From: an uncultured virus (IMG/VR IMGVR_UViG_3300010347_001950)
Taxonomy: Duplodnaviria; Heunggongvirae; Uroviricota; Caudoviricetes
DNA length: 20,985 nucleotides
Reading direction: 5' to 3' (one strand)
Virus record (IMG/VR): IMGVR_UViG_3300010347_001950
The stretch's first letter is position 1. Each line of letters starts with the position of its first letter. The notes below the pieces were generated by a model. It did no database searches, was not told the DNA's origin, and worked only from the letters and a program-made list of their open reading frames with translations. Below, piece by piece: positions 1-8,687 of this stretch. The position numbers and the translations under genes were made by a program.

Positions 1-1017
1 AATAACAGAAATGCAGAACAATATATTGAATTAAAAACAAATTTCGTTGAAGCCACAGACGGAGAAACATTGGCAGTCAATGGGTCTTCTTTCGTAGATT
101 TAATTAAACAGTTTCCAGAAGAAGAAATAGAAATTGTTAGCTCAAGCAAAAAAATGCTTATTGTGAAAAGCAAAAATAAAAAAAGCCGCTTTGCTTTGCC
201 TATTGAAAGCTCGCATAACATAACTAGATTTAAGATTATGGAAGACCCAATTTGTACGATTGCGTGTAATGGCAGTGTGCTTTCAGATGCATTCGCCAAA
301 ACGGCATTTTCGGCATCTGACGACATGGCGTCTGCTCCGCTAACCGCTGTAAGATTGTATATAAGCGGGAGTAAAATGATAGCACAATCTACAGATAATT
401 ATAGAATTAGTGTTTATGAAACAGATATTGATAATTTGGGGCAAACAGCAGAGTTGTTAATCCCAAAAAATACTGCAGAAAGTTTGTCTGTATTATTAAA
501 CAAAATATCAGACGTAATTATATATTGTTATTCAAAATATGTTAAGTTTTGTTGGGATAACACAATTTTTATTTCATTTTTGGAAAACGGAATTGGAAAG
601 CCATTCCCAGATGTCAATAAATTTATTGAATGTCCAGAAAATGCAAAAATTACGATATCCAGGAGTGATTTGTTGAGGGCAATTAAACTGGCGTCTTTGT
701 TCTCGAAAGATTCTTATGTAAATCTTGAAGTAACGGACGAAGGTTTGAATGTTTCTACGTATGATAAAAATCGTGGGGCAAGCCAAGAAGTAATTGTTGC
801 TGATAATATTTTTGGTTCTGCTAACACCGCTGTATCGTGCAAGCATATATTAAAAATTGTTGAAACTATATCTTCGCCATGGATTACAATTTCTTTTGTA
901 GAAATATCATTCGCTAGAGGTTTGTATAGTGCCATTATAATTGATGAAGGTGTATATAAACACCTAATATGTCCGATAATCCCAAACGATAATGAAGATG
1001 AGCAAAATGAATCATGA
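1..1017 (+). CDS. dnaN: DNA polymerase III beta sliding clamp (5'-truncated by window edge)
   Basis: The frame is open from base 1. Beta-clamp-like segments: 'KTAFSASDDMASAPLTAVRL', 'AQSTDNYRIS', 'LLIPKNTAESL', 'GKPFPDVNKFI', 'ISRSDLLRAIKLASLF' and C-terminal 'YKHLICPI'. Directly followed by a holA-like gene. Confidence 0.88.
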   Translation, partial: NNRNAEQYIELKTNFVEATDGETLAVNGSSFVDLIKQFPEEEIEIVSSSKKMLIVKSKNKKSRFALPIESSHNITRFKIMEDPICTIACNGSVLSDAFAKTAFSASDDMASAPLTAVRLYISGSKMIAQSTDNYRISVYETDIDNLGQTAELLIPKNTAESLSVLLNKISDVIIYCYSKYVKFCWDNTIFISFLENGIGKPFPDVNKFIECPENAKITISRSDLLRAIKLASLFSKDSYVNLEVTDEGLNVSTYDKNRGASQEVIVADNIFGSANTAVSCKHILKIVETISSPWITISFVEISFARGLYSAIIIDEGVYKHLICPIIPNDNEDEQNES

Positions 1018-2074
1018 ATCAAGCAGTTGGGATAAATTATATATTATGCGTGGCGATGAATTTTTGTGTAGAATATCCATTGATTCTTTGATTGAGAAAA
1101 ACTCAAATGTACATAGATTTTATAGCGATGATCAAGTAGATGATATATCTAGGTTACTAACAAGTTTTTCGTTAGATTGTAATAATAATGTAGCAATTTT
1201 AATTAATCCTTCTCAACCAGAGATGGATTGTGTATTGAAGATTGTGTCGAAGAATCGTATATCTATAAAATATTTGATTATTTATATGCCCAGTATCGAT
1301 ATCGATAATGATTTGGTTAAAGAATCAAAATTAAAAAATCGAGTATTCGACCACGGTTACATTAATGCAAACGATATAGATAAACTAAGATATTTTATAG
1401 AGCACGTGTGCGCAAAGCAATACAATATCAATATTGGCAAGGATGCTTCTTCGTGGATTGTTTCTCGTGCTCCTACAAATGTAATTAGAATAAATAAATC
1501 AGACAAAGAAGTATTTGATTTAATGCAAATTTCTAATGAGATTAAAAAAATATCTACATTTAAAAAAGATATCAAAATCGACGATGTTAAAAAATATTAT
1601 GTATGTTCGGCAGAATCTGATATTTGGGAATGTATAAACCTAATTATTTCTGGAGATATTAATAAAGCGTATAGTTATTATAATATGTATGTACAACAAA
1701 AAGGCATAATGTCGCTAATTGGTGTTTTATCAAAGCAACTTGGATTGGTTGTTCAAATATATGATTTATATAAACAAGGATTGACAAATCCATACAGCAT
1801 ACAGAAAACACTAGAAGTGAATAATTTTGCCGACAAATATTCGTTTGCTATAGGCGATGATAATTACAAACATAATAATATAAACATCTGGAGAATTAAA
1901 AATATTGTAAATATGATGCACGCATATGATATGAATCAGATTTATAATCAGCTAAATGCAACGATGTGTGCTAATATTGATTTGAGATCTGGTTATAACC
2001 AAAACATTATAGCAGAATATTTGTTTTGTGCTTTAAAAAATGTAGCAAGATATAGCAAAGCATTCATAGATTAG
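992..2074 (+). CDS. holA: DNA polymerase III delta subunit (clamp loader), divergent
   Basis: N-terminal 'LYIMRGDEFL', middle 'DLMQISNEIKKI...IKIDDVKKYY...ESDIWECINLI' and C-terminal 'LIGVLSKQL...IWRIK...IDLRSG' follow the HolA layout, and the length is similar. The true start may be the ATG at 1001 or 1007. Confidence 0.75.
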   Translation: MKMSKMNHESSSWDKLYIMRGDEFLCRISIDSLIEKNSNVHRFYSDDQVDDISRLLTSFSLDCNNNVAILINPSQPEMDCVLKIVSKNRISIKYLIIYMPSIDIDNDLVKESKLKNRVFDHGYINANDIDKLRYFIEHVCAKQYNINIGKDASSWIVSRAPTNVIRINKSDKEVFDLMQISNEIKKISTFKKDIKIDDVKKYYVCSAESDIWECINLIISGDINKAYSYYNMYVQQKGIMSLIGVLSKQLGLVVQIYDLYKQGLTNPYSIQKTLEVNNFADKYSFAIGDDNYKHNNINIWRIKNIVNMMHAYDMNQIYNQLNATMCANIDLRSGYNQNIIAEYLFCALKNVARYSKAFID

Positions 2075-2135
2075 TTCGCGAAGGAAAGCAGCATAACAAC
2101 GGTGTAATATTATATATAATATAAGGAGAACGAAA

Positions 2136-2750
2136 GTGGAAAACTTTGTCTATAATTGGAATAATAAATACAAATTTGATGACAATCTAAAGCTGATAAA
2201 AGCTATAGACGATACTAAAAATTTAAGAAAAAAAGGATACAAAAGAGAAGAGGCAGAAGATTTATTACTCAGCAAAGATATGGATTCTGAAATGGTAAAG
2301 GTGGCGCTTGATTCTGTATACGAGCGCAGACCAAGAAAACAAAAAGCTGCAAGCAGAAAATTGCCTACTTCTTATGAAGATCTAAAGCCATTTATAAGCG
2401 ATTTAATGCACAGAGTAGACACCGAAACATTTGTGGATATGGTAACAATTGCTGAGGATAACAATCCAATTGTACAGTGTGGGAGTAATAAAGATACGTT
2501 ATATCGTTTAGTAGAAGCAGCCAAAATTGCTCCTGTGTGCGAAGAGGCTGTGCATCAAATGTTGTCTCCGTGGTTTGAGGAAGAATTGCTACGCTCTGTA
2601 GAGGCTGCTGATAAAATTAAGGGGACAAAAACCGCGAATAAAATTCGGATGCATCGTGGCAGAATGTTATGCACATGCGATAAATTTATGTCAAGACATT
2701 ATGCAGATTTTGGTCTTGTGTGTGAACATATTATTAATAATTTTCGTTAA
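2136..2750 (+). CDS. Hypothetical phage protein with C-terminal SWIM-type zinc finger
   Basis: GTG start with AAGGAG RBS. C-terminal 'CTCDKF...LVCEHII' is a CxC-x(n)-CxH pattern. Confidence 0.65.
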   Translation: MENFVYNWNNKYKFDDNLKLIKAIDDTKNLRKKGYKREEAEDLLLSKDMDSEMVKVALDSVYERRPRKQKAASRKLPTSYEDLKPFISDLMHRVDTETFVDMVTIAEDNNPIVQCGSNKDTLYRLVEAAKIAPVCEEAVHQMLSPWFEEELLRSVEAADKIKGTKTANKIRMHRGRMLCTCDKFMSRHYADFGLVCEHIINNFR

Positions 2751-2786
2751 TCATTAAGTTTTTGAATTTGCATATTTGTATATAAT

Positions 2787-3533
2787 TTGAATGGGTTAGA
2801 TATGGAAAACGCAATTACATCAATTGATATTAAAGATTCTATAGATATTATAGATGAAAAATCACACAAGCGACTTGTTCCGTTTAAATCACTGATTGGA
2901 ACAGAACAGCCGCTCAAAGCACTGCCAGATGATTTGATGGAAAATGAATTTACTTATCCAAAGCGTTTTGAGGGCAGATGTACTATATGCAAGTCACCAT
3001 ACAGAGATTTGGCCGAATTAGTATATATACGTCTTAACAAAAGTTTATATGGGGTTGTTAAATTTTTCGAAGATTATTATAACGCCCATATGACATGGAT
3101 ATCTGTCAAAACACATATGAATGCCCATTGTGATTTTAGTAAAATCATGATAGAAGGGCTGGGGAGATTATTTTCAACACAAGATCAACATTTGCTTTGG
3201 ACCGGAAGAGAAAATCAGCTAGCAATTACTATTTTGATGGACCAAATAGATGAGGTTTCGAGTCTTGAAATTAATAGAAGCAATAGTGCGGCCATTCTTG
3301 AGCGCGCCAAAGTTCTTCGTGATCTGGCTATTAAGTTAAATGATTTATGCAAAGCGCGCGACGAAGCGATTTTGTCTATGAGAAATTTTAATGCTTTTAA
3401 AATATTAGCAGATTTATTATACGAAATAAAAGACCCGCAAGCGAAAGAAGCCATTCGAAATAAGCTATACCAAATTAAGGTACAGCTAGAAGGGCCCAAT
3501 ACCGAAAGGAATAAGAGTATAGCGGGCAAGTAA
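2787..3533 (+). CDS. Zinc-finger protein, probable terminase small subunit
   Basis: 'RCTICKSP...KTHMNAHC' (CxxC...HxxxH) followed by a helical/coiled-coil C-terminus, immediately upstream of the large terminase. Function inferred from position. The start is more likely ATG 2790 or 2802. Confidence 0.5.
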   Translation: MNGLDMENAITSIDIKDSIDIIDEKSHKRLVPFKSLIGTEQPLKALPDDLMENEFTYPKRFEGRCTICKSPYRDLAELVYIRLNKSLYGVVKFFEDYYNAHMTWISVKTHMNAHCDFSKIMIEGLGRLFSTQDQHLLWTGRENQLAITILMDQIDEVSSLEINRSNSAAILERAKVLRDLAIKLNDLCKARDEAILSMRNFNAFKILADLLYEIKDPQAKEAIRNKLYQIKVQLEGPNTERNKSIAGK

Positions 3534-3534
3534 T

Positions 3535-3543
3535 TGCTATACT
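3535..3543 (+). promoter_or_regulatory. Extended -10 promoter element (TGcTATACT) upstream of terminase large subunit
   Basis: TG-N-TATACT in the short gap between the zinc-finger gene and TerL. No clear -35. Confidence 0.35.
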
Positions 3544-3556
3544 CTTGTAAATATCA

Positions 3557-5692
3557 ATGAATCGTGCTGGTGCCGCAAGATCCAAAAAAGGCGAAGAAGC
3601 CATGCGGCTTTATAATATTAAAAACGAATGGCTTCGTGAATTAAACCAAGTAATTGAAGAGATTGACGCAAAAACCTCTGCCGAAGAATTAAATGGAATA
3701 TATGAATATACAGTAGAAAATAGATATTCTGTACTTCCTCCGCCAGAACCAGAAAAAAATAAGTATAATCCCGACGGCATTTATGATATATTGACTGTGG
3801 CAGAACATCCGTATTTTTTGGGGCTTACACTAACGCCGTGGCAACGCCTTACATTAAAGATATGTTATATGGGCACACCAGGCAATACTCATCTAAAAAT
3901 AAATGACGAACGTGACGAAACTGGATGCGAACATTGCGTATGGTTGCAGAACAAACTTAAAGAAGAAAATCAAATTAAAGCCATAAAAGCACATTCCCCC
4001 ATAATACCAAAAAGTTATTTGCCGACCGAAAATTCTCCTTGTTTAAAATGTAATAGGTTTGACAAAGAATATATTGATATAAAAAGGCAATATTTGATCA
4101 GCCAAGCGGTTACGCCGCAAATGGAAGAAGATGTAATTAAAAAAATGGACGGAGAAATTCGCGATCGATACTATACAGAACGCGACATGATTAATTATGA
4201 TTTATTCCCAGAAGACAAACCGCAGGTTGAAAGCAAAATAGGAAGGGCATTCCAAGAAATAATTCTTGTGTTCGGCAGAAGAAGCGGAAAGTCATTGATG
4301 ACTTCTGTTATTTCGTTGTATGAAGTGCATAGATTAATAGGAATGGTACATCCACAAAAGAGATTTGGGTTGATGGAATTTGATATTATAAGAATTATCA
4401 ATGTGGCTAATTCTGCCTCACAAGCAAAAGAAGCAATCTTTGACAAAACTAGACCACTTGTCCAAAGCAGTCCGTATTTTTCCAAATATGTTGGCAAGGT
4501 GCCAACGCAAGATGAAATTTTCTTTTTAACACCATATGATATTAAAGAGAATGAACGAAGGCTTACATCTGGAATTGACCCAATACCTGGGACGATTCAA
4601 TTAAGAAGTGGACATTCCGAATCAAGCACCATGCTTGGGCTTACATGTTTCCTTATTATCATAGACGAAATGGCTGCTATGGCCAAAGCTGGAGAAAATT
4701 CTCCAGATGAAACATTATATAATTTGCTTCGTCCATCAATAGCAAATTTTGGCTCTGAAGGGAAAATGATTTGTATATCTAACGCCTTGGGTCCATTTGG
4801 GAAATTTTATGAATTATACGAAGCATCTTTTAGTAATCCGAATATGCTTATGCTTAGACTTCCCACATGGATTGTAAACCCAACTGTCGAGGAATCGTTT
4901 CTAGAGGGAGAAAGAATACATAGCCCAAATATATTTGCATTACAATATGGCTCTGAGTTTGGTTCTGCTGGCACAAGCCCATGGTTAGATCAAGATTTTA
5001 TCATAGAGGCTTTTGAAGCGGGTCGAAACAGGAGTAGATTAGAAAGAGGTATGCCAGGCGTATCTTATTTTTTGCATATGGACCCTGCTTATTCTTCAGA
5101 TTATTATACTTTGGTTATTGTACATTCGGAGCCAACATCTGAAATAGGACCAGACGGGAAAAACTTGAATAAAATTTTTGTAGATCACATCCATTATTTC
5201 GCGCCACAAGGTGCCGGCAAACCCGTTGATATAGATGACGTTGATGAATATATTTTAAAATTAGCACAACGATTTAGATTTGCGTCTTTGACTTATGATC
5301 ATTATTGGGGCAGTATGGCTTCGGTACACAAGATGAAAAGTTATGGGCTTGATGCCCGTTTAATTACTTATGGCGGTGGTGTAAAAGAAAATATTTATGC
5401 TGAATTACAAAATTTATTTATTTCTGGCAGAATTGAATTTTATGGGATTGATACTACTGTGGTTAAAAACGGCAGGGCTATTAACCTTGGCGAGGTTACT
5501 TTGGCCAAAAAGCAATTTATAGGATTGCAAAAAAAGTTTAAAAATAACAGATTTAAAATCGAAGCAATGGTGGGGATGCATGATGATATACCGGATTGTG
5601 TAGCCGGAGCAGCCTACGAGGCCATACACTATAAAACTGTTGGCAAATTGCCAAAAACCGTAACAGCTTATACAGGTGCATTTTTAAAATAA
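3557..5692 (+). CDS. terL: Phage terminase large subunit
   Basis: Adenine-binding 'LTPWQ', Walker A 'LVFGRRSGKS', 'VANSASQAK', Walker B 'IIIDEMA', coupling region 'ICISNA', 'RLPTWIVNP', and RNase H-like nuclease 'HMDPAYSSD...YDHY...HDDIPDCVAG'. Confidence 0.93.
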   Translation: MNRAGAARSKKGEEAMRLYNIKNEWLRELNQVIEEIDAKTSAEELNGIYEYTVENRYSVLPPPEPEKNKYNPDGIYDILTVAEHPYFLGLTLTPWQRLTLKICYMGTPGNTHLKINDERDETGCEHCVWLQNKLKEENQIKAIKAHSPIIPKSYLPTENSPCLKCNRFDKEYIDIKRQYLISQAVTPQMEEDVIKKMDGEIRDRYYTERDMINYDLFPEDKPQVESKIGRAFQEIILVFGRRSGKSLMTSVISLYEVHRLIGMVHPQKRFGLMEFDIIRIINVANSASQAKEAIFDKTRPLVQSSPYFSKYVGKVPTQDEIFFLTPYDIKENERRLTSGIDPIPGTIQLRSGHSESSTMLGLTCFLIIIDEMAAMAKAGENSPDETLYNLLRPSIANFGSEGKMICISNALGPFGKFYELYEASFSNPNMLMLRLPTWIVNPTVEESFLEGERIHSPNIFALQYGSEFGSAGTSPWLDQDFIIEAFEAGRNRSRLERGMPGVSYFLHMDPAYSSDYYTLVIVHSEPTSEIGPDGKNLNKIFVDHIHYFAPQGAGKPVDIDDVDEYILKLAQRFRFASLTYDHYWGSMASVHKMKSYGLDARLITYGGGVKENIYAELQNLFISGRIEFYGIDTTVVKNGRAINLGEVTLAKKQFIGLQKKFKNNRFKIEAMVGMHDDIPDCVAGAAYEAIHYKTVGKLPKTVTAYTGAFLK

Positions 5693-5709
5693 ATAGAAAT
5701 TATTTGTTG

Positions 5710-5720
5710 TGTGGTATAGT
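5710..5720 (+). promoter_or_regulatory. Extended -10 promoter (TG-G-TATAGT), probably giving a leaderless mRNA
   Basis: TATAGT at 5715-5720 is preceded by TGTGG context. The ATG at 5726 lies at about the expected +1, and there is no SD. Confidence 0.4.
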
Positions 5721-5725
5721 CAAAA

Positions 5726-6871
5726 ATGTATTTTTGTAAAAAATGTACATATATGAATGTTGAATTGATTGAGCGGGGTAATAATAAATTTTATTGCCCC
5801 AGTTGCCACAAAACGTTTAAATACAAACAGATTAGAACAGCCCAATTTGGTGGTCAAAACGGTGGCATACCACCACAGTATAATGCTGTGCCTTGGGCAA
5901 CACCGCAAACAAGAACAATTGGATATGGAAATCCAACAGACCCCGAAATTGGTTTAGATGGATATATGAGCAAAACCAGAAAATCAGTAGAGGATGATAA
6001 TTCTGGCTATGGGTTGGAAAAAAAACTAGAGATGTTCCATGTTGGATTGGAAGAAGATTTAAAGCCATATGAATTAACCTCCCGCCAAAGGCAGGTGCAA
6101 AAAATGGAAGATGCATTGCGCCGCCGCGATATGTATAAGAAAAAATTATTACAGTCGATACAAGAAAATTCAGTTGAATATATAAAAGAACATTTTAAAA
6201 CACCAGAAAAATATTTGAAGTCTTTTGAATCACAACTCGATGTAGCAAGAACTAACATTGAGCCACCAAGATATAATTTACCAACATTTAGTAAGCACGA
6301 CGAATCGTTTCTGCCGCCGCCATTTAAAATTAAAACTTCTGGTAGATTGGCAAGCACGAAAGTTCAGCATGGTAGAAATACTCCATTTGATTCAGAAGAA
6401 GATGCCGACAATCCATCAACAGTGTGGAGCAAATTACAAAAAACTTATCCATACGAGGCTGGATTTAGAGATCATACATCGTGGGTATATAAACAATCTG
6501 ATTTATATAATGATATGTTAGGCAATGAAGAAATGAAGTTTTTGGTTGCCCCAGAAGACACAACGGCGTTCCCCAAACATTCTCCGCGCCCATATGAATC
6601 ATATGCCCCGTTTGGTGGCCAATCTATACCTAGCAAAGAGGATGTCTCTCCTATAGATAATATAAGCGAAATAAATAATCCATTTTTGCCATTGTCTGTT
6701 AAAATTGACAAACTACACCGAAGTGTACCAAAGAATCTACCAAACGATCCGTTCCCAGGCGAAGATGCGAGCAGGATATTGATGAGACCTCCTTCTCCGC
6801 ACAAACCATTCGGCGCATATCAAGATAGATATTATTATCAATCTACTGCTGACGGAACCCCACTTGGATAA
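5726..6871 (+). CDS. Hypothetical protein with N-terminal Zn ribbon and Pro-rich, probably disordered body
   Basis: 381-aa ORF. 'MYFCKKC...FYCPSC' (two CxxC), then 'KQIRTAQ', then a low-complexity P/S/D/E-rich region. Confidence 0.7.
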   Translation: MYFCKKCTYMNVELIERGNNKFYCPSCHKTFKYKQIRTAQFGGQNGGIPPQYNAVPWATPQTRTIGYGNPTDPEIGLDGYMSKTRKSVEDDNSGYGLEKKLEMFHVGLEEDLKPYELTSRQRQVQKMEDALRRRDMYKKKLLQSIQENSVEYIKEHFKTPEKYLKSFESQLDVARTNIEPPRYNLPTFSKHDESFLPPPFKIKTSGRLASTKVQHGRNTPFDSEEDADNPSTVWSKLQKTYPYEAGFRDHTSWVYKQSDLYNDMLGNEEMKFLVAPEDTTAFPKHSPRPYESYAPFGGQSIPSKEDVSPIDNISEINNPFLPLSVKIDKLHRSVPKNLPNDPFPGEDASRILMRPPSPHKPFGAYQDRYYYQSTADGTPLG

Positions 6872-6880
6872 TTCGTAATA

Positions 6881-6910
6881 TTGTAAAAATCTTGTAATCT
6901 GTGCTATAAT
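6881..6910 (+). promoter_or_regulatory. SigA/sigma70-type promoter
   Basis: TTGTAA (6881-6886), 18-bp spacer, TGTG-C-TATAAT (-10 at 6905-6910) with the Gram-positive TRTG element. Confidence 0.6.
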
Positions 6911-6945
6911 ATATACATGTACTATATTATTGCGCAGAAAATATA

Positions 6946-7476
6946 ATGGGAAACGAATATTCAAATATCAGTAAAAGTAATACAAGCTCAGAATATGAAA
7001 TAATTAATTTTACGAAAAATTTTGAAGTATTTTCGAAAATTGTGCGAAAATTTGACCCTAATTATGATTATATATTAAAGGAACCATCAGACAAAAAAGC
7101 AGTTATTGATAGAATATCATACAACGATATAAAATATATAAATGCTGCAAACAACAGTATCTTGGTTGATATTAGTACCGAACGTGCCACTGGAATTGCG
7201 CGCGAATTGTCTCCTGGATGGTTGTTAACCAAAGATAATTGTAATAGTGCTTATTATATAGAACAATATATTGAAACATTGAACGATGTATTGCCGTCGA
7301 CATGGCATTGGTTATGGGAACAAGCAATTGGCGCAAATCAGTTGTATTTAGTTTGTCTTTGCCCGCCAGTGGGTTTTTGCCATACTTATATTGCGCTTGC
7401 ATACATTGAATATACTATGCCGACACATTTCGAGATCAATGTATTACCGAGTTGGGCAAAGAATATATTTAAGTAA
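6946..7476 (+). CDS. DUF488-like protein
   Basis: 'RELSPGWLL...YIEQYIETL...LYLVCLCPPVGFCHTYIA' resembles the DUF488 'LAPS...Y...L.C.......CHR' pattern, with R replaced by T. Confidence 0.5.
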   Translation: MGNEYSNISKSNTSSEYEIINFTKNFEVFSKIVRKFDPNYDYILKEPSDKKAVIDRISYNDIKYINAANNSILVDISTERATGIARELSPGWLLTKDNCNSAYYIEQYIETLNDVLPSTWHWLWEQAIGANQLYLVCLCPPVGFCHTYIALAYIEYTMPTHFEINVLPSWAKNIFK

Positions 7477-7493
7477 GGGGAAGGCATATGTAA

Positions 7494-7676
7494 ATGAAAA
7501 ATATTTGTGAAGTAATTGTTCCTACATTAACTATTCTTTCTATTGCCGTATATGTTGTGTATAAATATAAGCACATAGACAAAAAAGACAATTATTGTAA
7601 TTTGTGGTATTTAGATTGTGATGCTTGTAAATCTAGAAATCGTTGCAACAAAATGAGAAAGTTATTGTGTTGGTGA
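7494..7676 (+). CDS. Small membrane-anchored Cys-rich protein
   Basis: Purine-rich RBS. N-terminal TM helix 'VIVPTLTILSIAVYVVY' followed by 'C...CDAC...C'. Confidence 0.55.
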   Translation: MKNICEVIVPTLTILSIAVYVVYKYKHIDKKDNYCNLWYLDCDACKSRNRCNKMRKLLCW

Positions 7677-7779
7677 TTTGAAATTATAATATAATATTAA
7701 ATCCAAGCATTTGTTGGTGGTTGGTAACGTATTATTAAAAAATCAACCAAATTGTGTATAATTACAATGGAGATATTAA

Positions 7780-8547
7780 ATGAGCGATATAATGCCAGTA
7801 AAATTAGTAAGTGATTTTGATGATTTTTATGATTGTCATTTCGATTATTCTGGAAATGCAAAATTGAGTTTTATTAGAATTGGAAAAGATCGCGCCAAGA
7901 TAAAGAAAATGTTTTCAATTCTAAAATCATGCGATGTGCAAATCCCTATGTATGGCAAGGTTAGTAATATAAAAATAAACAAAAATAACGAAGGCAAGGC
8001 GATTATTTGTTGTGACGAATATGGTGACAACAAGACAAAAGTTACATTAGAAGAAGCTTGCGATAAGTATCCTGGGTGTTATTATATGAAATATATAGCT
8101 GGCGACGACACTAAGATATGGAGATATATACAGATAGGTGAGAGATCGTTTCTGATATTGTTTCATACAGATATGCCTTGGTATGAGTGTAAGCAAGATG
8201 ATTATTTTAAATTTGGTTCAGATATGCTTGGGGAGGTATTTGCCAATGGATTAATTGACGGTAAATATCCTTTTGCTCAATTCGGGGCTCTTACAATTTT
8301 GTCTACACAAGCGAATGTATTGTTCGCGGTTGATTTTGTTTCAGATTTGTGTGGTAATTTGTATGTAATTAATTATAATAATGCTCCAAAAATATCTAAT
8401 ATTACACTGTGTGACGAGCTGAGCGATATAGACATCGCAAATTTGATAATCCAAAAAATTAATGACAGGTATATTGTTGAACAAAGATGTAATAATGTTC
8501 AAAGATTAGTAGAGTCTGTATTTGTTGACCAAAACAAATCATTTTAA
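7780..8547 (+). CDS. ATP-grasp-like phage protein (divergent)
   Basis: GGAG RBS and an upstream TATAAT. C-terminal 'FAVDFVSDLCGNLYVINYNNAP' resembles the ATP-grasp 'xVDxxxDxxGxxYVxExNxxP' strand pair; 'MKYI...WRYIQIG' resembles the preceding strands. Confidence 0.45.
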   Translation: MSDIMPVKLVSDFDDFYDCHFDYSGNAKLSFIRIGKDRAKIKKMFSILKSCDVQIPMYGKVSNIKINKNNEGKAIICCDEYGDNKTKVTLEEACDKYPGCYYMKYIAGDDTKIWRYIQIGERSFLILFHTDMPWYECKQDDYFKFGSDMLGEVFANGLIDGKYPFAQFGALTILSTQANVLFAVDFVSDLCGNLYVINYNNAPKISNITLCDELSDIDIANLIIQKINDRYIVEQRCNNVQRLVESVFVDQNKSF

Positions 8548-8587
8548 TATATGTATATATAAACGTATATATTATTAGTAATAATAA

Positions 8588-8599
8588 GTTCTTTGAAAA
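8588..8599 (+). promoter_or_regulatory. boxA-like antitermination element
   Basis: GTTCTTTGAAAA matches the Bacillus-type rrn boxA as I recall it. It lies ~90 nt upstream of a stable RNA gene. Confidence 0.5.
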
Positions 8600-8630
8600 T
8601 TTACAAGTTGTATTTATTCGAATCACGCGT

Positions 8631-8682
8631 GTGGTGTCTAATCAAATTTAGGAAGCTACGTTCTTAAATTTGGTGACATTAT
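8631..8682 (+). other. Long hairpin in tmRNA leader
   Basis: ATCAAATTTAGGAA (8641-8654) pairs with TTCTTAAATTTGGT (8661-8674) using two G-U pairs. It is extended by GTGGTGTC/GACATTAT. Confidence 0.6.
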
Positions 8683-8687
8683 GTAAT

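Noticed and set aside
3870..4245. Intein in the terminase
   Set aside because: No N-terminal C/S splice block, no HN-[CST] junction and no LAGLIDADG motifs.
7711..7723. 13-nt match TTGTTGGTGGTTG also found at 8710-8722 in the tmRNA
   Set aside because: Short, low-complexity G/T sequence with no extension; compatible with chance.
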